From: an uncultured Myxococcales bacterium
GTDB taxonomy: Bacteria > Myxococcota > UBA4151
Reading direction: 5' to 3'
Assembly: GCA_964013405.1 (NCBI GenBank)
Contig: CAXGWI010000021.1
Location: forward strand, 1-37,512
Length of the DNA: 37,512 nucleotides
In this document: positions 17,846-26,031 of the stretch, one piece after another
How positions within the stretch are numbered: position 1 is the first letter of the stretch
Layout of the letters: each line of letters opens with the position of its first letter
Program-made: the position numbers and the translations under genes
Notes under the pieces: model-generated
Database searches by the model: none
Told to the model about the DNA's origin: nothing
What the model saw: the letters and a program-made list of their open reading frames with translations, nothing else

Positions 17846-19716
17846 AGCCAGCGATCGCCCCATTGGGCTAAGTTATAGAGGGTCCAAAGACCGGGGTTTT
17901 CCCGATCGCTTGCTTCGAGGGCATCTCGTTGTAGTTGTTGATGTCCTTCTTTGGTGAGGATCTCTTTGAGCAAGCGACTGCTGGCGAGCTGTTCGCTCAT
18001 ACGGGCCCGAGTCCGTTGCTGAAGCATGGTGCGGGCACTACCACAAAAGCCCACCTTCTTTCGTTCCAGCACGAAGTCGGGAATGAGCCCGGTGACCGCT
18101 TTGCGCAGAATCCATTTGCCCTTGCCAGCCCGCATCTTCTTGCTCAGCGGCAGGCGCAGGCAAAGGTCCACGACGTCCTCGTCGAGAAAGGGGACGCGGG
18201 CCTCGACCGAAGCGTCCATCGTCATCCGGTCAACCCGCTGAAGCAATAACTCTGGCAGGCGCAATCGGAGTTCGACGGCCAGGATCTGTTCGTGGGCGCT
18301 GCCCCGCTCGACGCCCTCTTCCCGAATGATTTGGCGGATGACTTCGCCGCTGGGACGACTTTGATATTCTGGGCGCAACAACGCGTGCTTTTGGGGGGTG
18401 GTGAGACCGATGTTGCCGCCCCAAAAGGCCGGCTGCCCGGCCTGCCAGCGGTATTGCAGCGCCTCCACCAGCGGATGGTCTGCGATCTTGGGGATGGGGA
18501 TAAAGCCAAAGGGGACTTGCAAGCGGCGCCAAAAGGGCATCGCCTGGGCAAAGCGACGGTAGAGTGGATAACCGAAGAGGAGTTCATCGGCCCCTTCGCC
18601 CACCTGAACCACCGTGACACCGGCTTGCCGGTTAAAATGGGCGAGGGCCAATAGGGGAACACAAACGGAGTCCGCCAAGGGCTCATCCTGAGCGGCGAGG
18701 ACCCCGTCGATCCGGTCCATAAAGGCATCTGCATCCAACAAAAGCTCATGATGCCGGGCGGAGAGTGTGGCAGCCACTCGGCGGGCCGGCTCTCGCTCGT
18801 CAGCTTCGGCCGGGCCTTCCACAGCCACTGAGAATGTGTCGACGGGCCGATCGAGCGCTTGGGCCATCAAGGCCACATTGGTGGAGGAATCAATCCCGCC
18901 ACTCAAGTAGGCGCCGAAGGGGACATCGCTGACCATCCGGCGCTCCGTGGCCGTCTTCAGAGCCGCCAGGAGCGCTTCACTGGCCTCTTGATCGAAGAGT
19001 CGGTGCCTGGGCTTTGCGAAGGCGGTCCCTGGGCTCCAGTAGCGCTGCCAGCGCATGTTCAGGTCATCCAGTTTCAGCACACCATAGGTGCCGGCCGGCA
19101 CCTTGAAGCAGCCCTGAAAAAGGGTCTGTGGAGCTGGGCAAACGGCAAAGCTTAGATAATCGTAGAGGCTTTGGGCCTCCAGGCGTGGGCTCAACCCTGG
19201 GTGCTTGAAGAGGGCTTTGCCTTCGCTGGCGAAAAGCCAACTGCCATCGTCGAGGCGGGCATACCAGAGGGGCTTTCTCCCCATCTGGTCCCGGGCCACG
19301 ATGACCCGCTGCTCTTCACGGTCGAGGGCCACAAAGGCGAACATCCCCTTCAGGCGAGGGATGATGCTTGGACCTTCCAGGGCCAAGAGGTTGACCAGGA
19401 CTTCCGTATCGGAGTGGCCTCGGAGTTTGATCCCCGCATCGACGAGCAAATCGCGGAAGTCATCATCGTTATAGAGCTCGCCGTTGTAGGCGATGAGCCA
19501 GCGGCCACAGGCGCTCTCCATGGGCTGCGCCCCAGCTTCGGAGAGGTCGCGAATCGAAAGACGACGATGGCCGAGCCCGACGGCCCGTTGCCGATCGACC
19601 TGCTGGCCTTCGCCATCGGGGCCTCGGTGGACCAAACTGTCTGTCATCGCTTTGAGGATCGCGTCTTTGGAATCATCCCAGCCCCGGGCTGCAATCCAGC
19701 CGACCACTCCACACAT
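17842..19716 (-). CDS. asnB: Glutamine-hydrolysing asparagine synthase family amidotransferase
   Basis: Starts MCG (Ntn nucleophile Cys2) at 19716; HRGPD, GHRRLSI, NGELYN, LSGGIDS, GEGADELLFGY and EARVPFLD motifs. Confidence 0.93.
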   Translation of the reverse strand: MCGVVGWIAARGWDDSKDAILKAMTDSLVHRGPDGEGQQVDRQRAVGLGHRRLSIRDLSEAGAQPMESACGRWLIAYNGELYNDDDFRDLLVDAGIKLRGHSDTEVLVNLLALEGPSIIPRLKGMFAFVALDREEQRVIVARDQMGRKPLWYARLDDGSWLFASEGKALFKHPGLSPRLEAQSLYDYLSFAVCPAPQTLFQGCFKVPAGTYGVLKLDDLNMRWQRYWSPGTAFAKPRHRLFDQEASEALLAALKTATERRMVSDVPFGAYLSGGIDSSTNVALMAQALDRPVDTFSVAVEGPAEADEREPARRVAATLSARHHELLLDADAFMDRIDGVLAAQDEPLADSVCVPLLALAHFNRQAGVTVVQVGEGADELLFGYPLYRRFAQAMPFWRRLQVPFGFIPIPKIADHPLVEALQYRWQAGQPAFWGGNIGLTTPQKHALLRPEYQSRPSGEVIRQIIREEGVERGSAHEQILAVELRLRLPELLLQRVDRMTMDASVEARVPFLDEDVVDLCLRLPLSKKMRAGKGKWILRKAVTGLIPDFVLERKKVGFCGSARTMLQQRTRARMSEQLASSRLLKEILTKEGHQQLQRDALEASDRENPGLWTLYNLAQWGDRWL

Positions 19717-19791
19717 GACCGATCTCCACAGGCGACCTAGCCTTCCGGCAAGTCGTGGACAAGCGCTGCTTGAAGCGATAGCCGGCAGCCC

Positions 19792-20448
19792 ATGACAGAA
19801 CACGAACGATGGCTCGAGGGGATCGAGCGACTTGGCGCCGGGGAACTGCAGGATGCGCAGCGCTTCTTGGCCGATCTCGATCCCGCGAACCTCGCCGCCG
19901 AGCAGTGCCTGGAGCTGGCGGAGCGGTTGGAATCTCTCCAGCGCCTTGAGTTGGCTGCGGTCCTCCTTGAAGGCGCCCTTCAGGCCCACGGGCGCGTGCC
20001 GGCCCTTTGGCTGGGCTTGGCCCGTTTGCGCCAAGCCCTCGGGGAGCCTGAGGCGGCGATGCGGGCGGCGGAGACGGCCGTTCGTCTCGAAGGTGAAAGC
20101 CTCGAGTTATGGCTGTTTCTGGCCGAGATCCAAACCGAGGCAGGGCGGGCCAACCTCGCACCCCAAAGCCTGCGTATGGCCTTATCCATCGATGAGGCCG
20201 ATTGGCGCCCTTGGTTTGCCCTGGGTCGCCTGGAAGAGGCCCAAGAGCAAAGCCGTATCGCCATCGCCCATTATCGTCATGCGGTCCGTTTGGAGCCGCC
20301 GGCTGCAGAGCCTTACCTGGCCTTGGCTCGCCTGCTCGAGCGTCGGCTTGGTGGTGATGACGGCGAAGAGATTGAGGGCTTAAAGACGGCCGCTGCAACC
20401 CGCGGTCTTTCACAGACACAGATCGAGGCATATCTCGCCCGAGAATAG
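19792..20448 (+). CDS. Tetratricopeptide repeat protein
   Basis: Repeated Ala/Leu-rich helical units (LWLGLARL, LWLFLAEI, PWFALGRL, PYLALARL) at about 34-aa spacing. Confidence 0.85.
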   Translation: MTEHERWLEGIERLGAGELQDAQRFLADLDPANLAAEQCLELAERLESLQRLELAAVLLEGALQAHGRVPALWLGLARLRQALGEPEAAMRAAETAVRLEGESLELWLFLAEIQTEAGRANLAPQSLRMALSIDEADWRPWFALGRLEEAQEQSRIAIAHYRHAVRLEPPAAEPYLALARLLERRLGGDDGEEIEGLKTAAATRGLSQTQIEAYLARE

Positions 20449-20460
20449 AGGAGTTGAGCC

Positions 20461-21312
20461 ATGAATAAAGTCGTCATCCTGGGGGCCGGAACCATGGGGC
20501 GAGGCATCGCCCAGGTAAGCGCTCTTGCGGGTTATCCAACCGTGCTCACCGACATCTCCCCAGAGGTCCTCCAGGCCGGCGTCGACGGCATTCAGGACTT
20601 TTTGGCCAAGGGCATCGCTCGGGGCAAAACCACCGAGGCCCAGCGGGATCAGTGCATGGCGAACTTGCGCTGGACCACAGACCTGACTGAGGCCGCGACA
20701 GGGGCCGATTTGGTCATCGAGGCGGTGCCGGAAGTGATGGCCTTAAAAAAGCAGATTTTCGCCCAACTCAACGACATCACCCCAGCCACAGCCATCCTCG
20801 CCACCAACACCTCTTCCTTGTCCGTCGATGAGATCGCTCGGGCTTCGGGGCGTGCGGATCGGGTCATCGGCGCCCACTTCTTTAATCCGGTGCCGATCAA
20901 TAAACTCCTCGAGATCGTGCGGGGAGAGGCCACCAGTGCGGACACCCTCGACCGCCTTCAGGCTTTCGGTGAGCGCATCGGTAAGACCTGCATCGTGGTG
21001 AAAGACAGCCCGGGTTTCGCCAGCAGCCGCTTAGGGATCGTGATGGCCTTAGAAGCCATGCGCATGGTGGAGCAGGGCGTGGCGAGCGCCGCAGACATCG
21101 ATACGGCCATGGAGCTGGGCTATCGCCTGCCCATGGGGCCGCTTCGGCTGACCGACCTGGTGGGGCTCGACGTACGCCTTGCCATCGCTGAGTCCATCCA
21201 CGGCGCCACGGGATCGCCGGTCTTCGAAGCGCCCCAACTGCTCCGCGACCTGGTCGCTGCCGGTAAACTGGGCCGCAAGTCGGGCGCTGGATTCTATGAC
21301 TACGGAGCTTAA
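20461..21312 (+). CDS. 3-hydroxyacyl-CoA (3-hydroxybutyryl-CoA) dehydrogenase
   Basis: GAGTMGRG, IEAVPE, TNTSS, HFFNP, PMGPLRLTDLVGLD and LGRKSGAGFY motifs. Confidence 0.95.
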   Translation: MNKVVILGAGTMGRGIAQVSALAGYPTVLTDISPEVLQAGVDGIQDFLAKGIARGKTTEAQRDQCMANLRWTTDLTEAATGADLVIEAVPEVMALKKQIFAQLNDITPATAILATNTSSLSVDEIARASGRADRVIGAHFFNPVPINKLLEIVRGEATSADTLDRLQAFGERIGKTCIVVKDSPGFASSRLGIVMALEAMRMVEQGVASAADIDTAMELGYRLPMGPLRLTDLVGLDVRLAIAESIHGATGSPVFEAPQLLRDLVAAGKLGRKSGAGFYDYGA

Positions 21313-22031
21313 GACCTGCTAAAGTCCTGCCGGTGCTGTAGGACGGGGATCAGGCCCGTTGGGCTGATGCCCTGGCGGTCAATTTGGTTGTGAAGGGCAA
21401 AGACCTGAACACCAGCGGCCCTGGCTTCCGTGAGGGCAGCAGCATAGCTGGGATCGATCTGGTCCTCCGCCGCTACCGCTTGGGCATCGCTGCGTTGTAG
21501 GCAAAACACCAGGGCTGCTCGATCGCCGTCGGCGACCACCGATTGCAATTCTCGCAGGTGCTTTTCGCCTCGGGTCGTTCGAGCGTCGGGAAAAAGCCCA
21601 AGACCGCCTTCGGCCAGCGAGACGCCTTTGACTTCGAGGAAGGTGCGCCCGTCGCTTTGTTCCACCAAGAGATCGATTCTTGAATTCTCTCGGCCATAGC
21701 GCACTTCGCTTCGGATGCCGGTGATCGCTCCCCCTTCCAGAGGGATGAGGCCGGCATCAAGGGCTTCTTTCACCACGCCATTGGGTCGCCCCGTATGGAC
21801 ACAGATCCAGCCCTCGCTGCCCTCAACCGCCTCCAGGGTATAGCGAAGCTTGCGTTTGGGGTTGTTGGAATCGCTGATCCAGCAGGGAGCATTTGGACGA
21901 TTGCATCCCTTCATGGAGCCAGAATTCGGGCAATGGACGGTGAGGACCTCCCCGTGTTCGAGTCGCACATCCGCGAGAAAGCGTTTGTATCGTCGGAGCA
22001 GTGTACCTTCGATAAGTGGTGGAAATTTCAA
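21309..22031 (-). CDS. sfsA: Sugar fermentation stimulation protein A (OB + PD-(D/E)XK nuclease fold)
   Basis: RRYKRFLAD, HCPNSGSM, SRIDLL, EVK and FPDARTTRGEKHL motifs; TTG start at 22031 after GGGGAG. Confidence 0.95.
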   Translation of the reverse strand: MKFPPLIEGTLLRRYKRFLADVRLEHGEVLTVHCPNSGSMKGCNRPNAPCWISDSNNPKRKLRYTLEAVEGSEGWICVHTGRPNGVVKEALDAGLIPLEGGAITGIRSEVRYGRENSRIDLLVEQSDGRTFLEVKGVSLAEGGLGLFPDARTTRGEKHLRELQSVVADGDRAALVFCLQRSDAQAVAAEDQIDPSYAAALTEARAAGVQVFALHNQIDRQGISPTGLIPVLQHRQDFSRS

Positions 22032-22081
22032 ATCTCTAGCTCCCCCATGTACACTCCCCATAAGGACCGCTAGGAGGCAAG

Positions 22082-22852
22082 GTGCCCCTTCTCTTTTCCA
22101 TCCTTCTTTTCCACGGAGCGCCAGCGCCCACCGTCGGGCTAGAGGCGGAGGAGGGGGCAGATCGACCCAAGGTTTTAGTTCTCGATTTGGTGAATTCCAC
22201 AGAATTAGATCCAGCCCAGATCGAAGCCCTTCAAGATGCTATTCTTGGCGGCTTGTCCGGGGCGCCGGTCCAGATCATGGGAGCCGCAGATATCGCTAAA
22301 CTGATGGAGTTACAGCAGGGTAATGTGGCCCTCGGTTGCCTTCGGGATGATTGTCTCTTCGACTTGGCCAAGGCCTGGCAGGCCCGCTATGTGATCAGTG
22401 GTTCTTTGGCCATGGTCGCTGATCGGGCCCTGCTGAACCTCAAGTTGTTGGACGCGGGGGCCGAGGTGCCAAAGGTTCTTCATCGGGAGAGCCATGAATC
22501 CGAACCCAAGGCTTTAACCGCATTGGTGCGGGTGACCGCGGCCAAAATGCGGCAGGTCTTAGGGGGTCCAGCGCCCACTGCGAAGGAGATGGAAGTCTTG
22601 AAGGTGGCCCGCCTGCCCCGTGCTGGTCTGGCCCTCAGCTTGGTCAGCGCCGTTTTGGGCAGCTTTGCTGTGGTCTCCCATCTCGGTGCGCACGAAGCCG
22701 CTGAGAACGCGCTGGCCTATCGCCAGGACGGGCTTGCGGTTGATTTGCACCTGGGGGTCATGGAGGGGGAACTCGCCCAACGAAACCTCCTGCTGGGCTC
22801 CGCGGTGGTCACTGGGGTCGCGGCGACGTACGCGTGGATGAAGCAATGGTAA
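22082..22852 (+). CDS. Exported protein with TolB-N/CsgG-like alpha/beta domain and C-terminal hydrophobic helices
   Basis: AGGAGG before GTG; GCLRDDCL...VISGSL...LNLKLLD pattern; two C-terminal hydrophobic segments. The fold call is tentative. Confidence 0.65.
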   Translation: MPLLFSILLFHGAPAPTVGLEAEEGADRPKVLVLDLVNSTELDPAQIEALQDAILGGLSGAPVQIMGAADIAKLMELQQGNVALGCLRDDCLFDLAKAWQARYVISGSLAMVADRALLNLKLLDAGAEVPKVLHRESHESEPKALTALVRVTAAKMRQVLGGPAPTAKEMEVLKVARLPRAGLALSLVSAVLGSFAVVSHLGAHEAAENALAYRQDGLAVDLHLGVMEGELAQRNLLLGSAVVTGVAATYAWMKQW

Positions 22853-23517
22853 GGTCACTGATCCTCATGGGAGCCATCGGCGGGCTCGGTTGTATCCCCG
22901 ACGTCTCCGACCTAGACGCTGGTTTGACGCCCTGTCCTGACGTTCAGGCCTGGAATGATGACCAATGGGCTGCCCTGGAAGCGGGCGATGCTCACGGGGT
23001 GCATCAGCCCCTCTGGGCCCAACAGGCCAAATGCTTGGTGACCCGTACGGCATTGCTCGCTCGGGAACTGTCCTCCGCCGAATCACCGGACGATGAGGGG
23101 GTCAATCGCTTTGCTCTGGAAGCCGCGGAGTTGGCGGACCACTTGCTGCGTTTTCAGACCCGGAAATGGCTGCAATGCGATTGCGATGCCGGTTGCCGGG
23201 TTGAGGCCGGTGACGAGGAGGCCTTTAACCCCGTCTGCGCCCTCGGCGGTGACCAAGCCGATACCTACCGGGGCATCGTTGAAGAGGTTCGTGCCCATGC
23301 CGGCTATGCGGCCGGCGAGTCGGGTGCGAAGGGGCGTCGGTCCCACGCAGAACATGTCCTTCAATGCCTATCAGCGAGCAGTCCGCCGTCGGATTGGGAT
23401 CTCGACGGAACCGTCGCGCCACCGGCCTTATGCAGTAATGACTATGGCCTCTACGGTGAAGGGATCGGTAACCTTCTCAAGGCAGTCGTCAGCTTAACTG
23501 AGACGGCGACGCCCTAA
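22846..23517 (+). CDS. Hypothetical lipoprotein
   Basis: ATG overlaps the upstream stop; lipobox GLGC; acidic, helical, with several Cys. Confidence 0.75.
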   Translation: MVRSLILMGAIGGLGCIPDVSDLDAGLTPCPDVQAWNDDQWAALEAGDAHGVHQPLWAQQAKCLVTRTALLARELSSAESPDDEGVNRFALEAAELADHLLRFQTRKWLQCDCDAGCRVEAGDEEAFNPVCALGGDQADTYRGIVEEVRAHAGYAAGESGAKGRRSHAEHVLQCLSASSPPSDWDLDGTVAPPALCSNDYGLYGEGIGNLLKAVVSLTETATP

Positions 23518-23549
23518 GCGCTTTTGTTGCTGCTGCAGTTCAGTTCCCT

Positions 23550-25163
23550 TTAGCGACAGACACCGTCAACACAGCGCCCTGCCTCGCAGTCTGCGGCTTC
23601 CCGGCAGCGTCGAGGTGCGTCTTCGGCCCCCACACAGAGGTTGTCGATGCAGCGTTCTCCCCGTTCGCAGTCTGCCGCTTCTCGGCAGCGTTGAGGTGCG
23701 TCTTCAGGCCCCACACAGAGGTTGTCGATGCAGCGTTCTCCTCGCTCACAATCGCCCGCTTCCCGACAGCGGCGAACTTCCTCGTCGTCATCGTCCTCGC
23801 CGCAGGCTTGATCCACGCAGTCTTCAAAGGCTGCAGCGTAGCGTTCTCGACAGTCACGGGCCCCTTCTTCGCCAAGGGCTTCTAAGCAGGCTTCATGGAC
23901 CGCAAGAGCCCGCTCTCGACAGCGGTTTTCACAGGGATCAATGGGGTCCTCTTCGTGCTCTTGGCATACAGCCGTCATGCATTCTTCAAAGGCCGCAACG
24001 TAGCGTTCTCGACAGTCACGGGCCCCTTCTTCGCCAAGGTCTTCTAGGCAGGCTTCTTGAGCGGCTAGGGCCCGCTCTCGGCAGCGGTTTTCACAGGCAT
24101 CCGGATCACCGCCCTCGTCAGGCCCGACACAAAGATTGTCGGCGCAGCGTTCACCCCGTTCGCAGTCGGCCGCCTCCCGGCAGCGTCGGGGGCGGTCTTC
24201 GCCACCACCCTCATCAGCACAGTTTCTTGCCATACAATCCTCGAGGGCTGCCCCGTAACGCTCCCGGCAGGCTCTGGCGTCCCCGCCTTCATCGAGACAG
24301 GCTCGATTCACCGCAGTGGCCCGTTCCCGGCAAGCGACTTCACAGGCAGCGGGCTCGTCTTCCTCGTCCTCGCAGCGGCTGGCTAGGCAGTCGTCGTTGG
24401 CCGCGGCTGCCCGGGCTCGACAATCGGCGACTTCCCCGCCTTCGTCGACGCAGCGTTCATAGACCCAAGCGGCCCGTTCCCGGCAGGCAACTTCACATTC
24501 AGCAGGCTCGTCTTCCTCGCCTCCTTCTCCGCCACAGGCCCGTTCGACGCAGGCTTCGAACTGATCGCCCGCTTGGGCTCGGCAGTCCCCTGGCTCGCCA
24601 CCCGCTTCAACACAGGCTTCGTAGCCAGCAGCGGCCCGTTCCCGGCAGCGACCCTCGCAGGCGTCATCTTCATCCTCACCGTCTTCGCAGCGGTTTGCGA
24701 CGCAATCACGGCTCATTTCACCCGCTCGCTCTCGGCAGTCTTCTGGGCTGCGGCCCTCGTCGACACAGGCTTCGTAGAATGCGCCAGCCCGCTGTCGGCA
24801 GACTCGGCTACACTCCTCCTGCTCGTCAGCGCCACCACAGCGTCGCTCACAAGCTTCTTCATCGGCTCCGGCCTCGGCGCAAAGCTCCAGGCAGTTTCGT
24901 TCCCGTTCGCCGCTGCAGCGCCGCTCGCAGGCCTCTTCATCGGCTCCGGCCTCGGCGCAGCGCTCAAGACAATCGCCTTCGCCTCCGTTATTCTCACCGT
25001 CGCCGCCATCATTGTTGGCCGGTTCGTTCTCCACCACGGCTGGCGGTGGTTCATCGGCCGGCGCATCCGGGCCCAATCCGAAGCATCCGCCCCCTTGGGC
25101 CGCGATGAGTAAAAAGCCCGTACAAGCCAGGCCAATCGGTGCGAGATGTCGTTGGAGTTTCAT
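23550..25163 (-). CDS. Acidic cysteine-rich modular repeat lipoprotein (537 aa, 62 Cys)
   Basis: GAGG before ATG 25163; signal ending GGGC; three kinds of regularly spaced Cys modules. Confidence 0.85.
   Translation of the reverse strand: MKLQRHLAPIGLACTGFLLIAAQGGGCFGLGPDAPADEPPPAVVENEPANNDGGDGENNGGEGDCLERCAEAGADEEACERRCSGERERNCLELCAEAGADEEACERRCGGADEQEECSRVCRQRAGAFYEACVDEGRSPEDCRERAGEMSRDCVANRCEDGEDEDDACEGRCRERAAAGYEACVEAGGEPGDCRAQAGDQFEACVERACGGEGGEEDEPAECEVACRERAAWVYERCVDEGGEVADCRARAAAANDDCLASRCEDEEDEPAACEVACRERATAVNRACLDEGGDARACRERYGAALEDCMARNCADEGGGEDRPRRCREAADCERGERCADNLCVGPDEGGDPDACENRCRERALAAQEACLEDLGEEGARDCRERYVAAFEECMTAVCQEHEEDPIDPCENRCRERALAVHEACLEALGEEGARDCRERYAAAFEDCVDQACGEDDDDEEVRRCREAGDCERGERCIDNLCVGPEDAPQRCREAADCERGERCIDNLCVGAEDAPRRCREAADCEAGRCVDGVCR
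23585..23780. repeat. 81-bp coding tandem repeats (27-aa unit)
   Basis: CACACAGAGGTTGTCGATGCAGCGTTCTCC occurs at 23631 and 23712. Confidence 0.85.
23820..24095. repeat. 162-bp coding tandem duplication (54-aa unit)
   Basis: TAGCGTTCTCGACAGTCACGGGCCCCTTCTTCGCCAAGG occurs at 23839 and 24001. Confidence 0.85.
24835..24975. repeat. 78-bp coding tandem duplication (26-aa unit)
   Basis: TCTTCATCGGCTCCGGCCTCGGCGCA occurs at 24856 and 24934. Confidence 0.85.
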
Positions 25164-25213
25164 GGGGTAATTTCCTCGCAGACTGCCCACGGTGGTGCGG
25201 TCTTTCTTGGGAT

Positions 25214-25222
25214 TTTATAGCA
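25214..25222 (-). promoter_or_regulatory. Possible extended -10 promoter element for the Cys-rich lipoprotein
   Basis: TGCTATAAA (TGnTATAAA) on the minus strand about 50 nt upstream of the ATG; no good -35. Confidence 0.35.
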
Positions 25223-25251
25223 CGGCTTGCAAACCCCTGCCCAGCCGGGGC

Positions 25252-25929
25252 TTACCGTAGCCGCCAACCGCCGCTTAGATCGAGCAGAGTTCCTGACAGT
25301 TGGGCGGCCAAGGGTCCGGTGAGTTGCTGGATCGCCCCACGGAGCTGGGCCGTCGGCACCGGCTCCTGCTCGGTGGTGCTGGGTGGGGGCGAGCCAGCGA
25401 CGAAGCCGGGGGCGAGCAGACTGCAACTGAGCCCATGCTGAGCTTCCTGTGCAGCGATGCTTTTGACCAGGGATGCCAAGCCCAGTTTGGCGGCGTAATA
25501 GGCGCTGATCCGAGTTTCAGACTGAACGGTTTGGCCATGGGCCAGGCCGAAGTAGAGCAGGCAACTCTTTTCATGCTGACGCAACAAGGGGGCCAGGTGA
25601 TGATAGGCCCGGAATGCGCTCGACAGGTTGCTGGCGATCACGCTGTCGAAGCGATCCGGTGTCATGTGATCCAGGGGCTCTAGCTGGAAATCGCCCACGC
25701 AGTGAACCACCACCTGAGGCGCTGCCGGGAGCAAGCGGATCGCCGCCGCCCATGAGTGATCGTCGAGGGCGTCGAGGCGGATGGGCCGATGTTGGGGCGC
25801 TAGGTCAGGAAGTCCTTCGGCTCCCTTTCGGCTACTGGCTGCGATCCGGTGGCTTTCACCCAGCACGTCGGTGGCGGCCCGACCGATGGGACCCGAGGCG
25901 CCAATGATGAAGGCAAGGGGGCGTTCCAT
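25252..25929 (-). CDS. SDR family oxidoreductase (short, divergent)
   Basis: IIGASGPIG nucleotide-binding motif, YYAAK catalytic motif, LAPG, and terminal LSGTLLDLSGG. Confidence 0.85.
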   Translation of the reverse strand: MERPLAFIIGASGPIGRAATDVLGESHRIAASSRKGAEGLPDLAPQHRPIRLDALDDHSWAAAIRLLPAAPQVVVHCVGDFQLEPLDHMTPDRFDSVIASNLSSAFRAYHHLAPLLRQHEKSCLLYFGLAHGQTVQSETRISAYYAAKLGLASLVKSIAAQEAQHGLSCSLLAPGFVAGSPPPSTTEQEPVPTAQLRGAIQQLTGPLAAQLSGTLLDLSGGWRLR

Positions 25930-26031
25930 GGGGGGGAATTGCCCCGGTGCGCTGGGGAAAGCAATCCGTGGTGGCTGGCCGGTCCACGCCCTGATAGGGG
26001 GGTGCCGCTTTAAAGCTCGAAGGAGATCCCG

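Noticed and set aside
17842..19716. AsnB as a lasso-peptide cyclase
   Set aside because: The glutaminase domain is intact and no B1/B2 (RRE, transglutaminase-like) genes or precursor are nearby.
19717..20034. Extended AsnB N-terminus
   Set aside because: Ntn amidotransferases need Cys2, so the start is MCG at 19716; the extension overlaps the TPR gene.
23585..24975. CRISPR-like repeat array
   Set aside because: Repeat periods are multiples of three within a coding frame, there are no unique spacers and no cas genes.
23615..25108. 497-aa plus-strand ORF
   Set aside because: Antisense shadow of the repetitive GC-rich Cys lipoprotein; Arg/Pro-rich with no RBS or domain.
25228..25245. Sigma-54 promoter on the minus strand (TGGGCAGGGGTTTGCA)
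   Set aside because: GG-N10-GC spacing fits, but the -24 element deviates from TGGCAC, which is too weak in GC-rich DNA.
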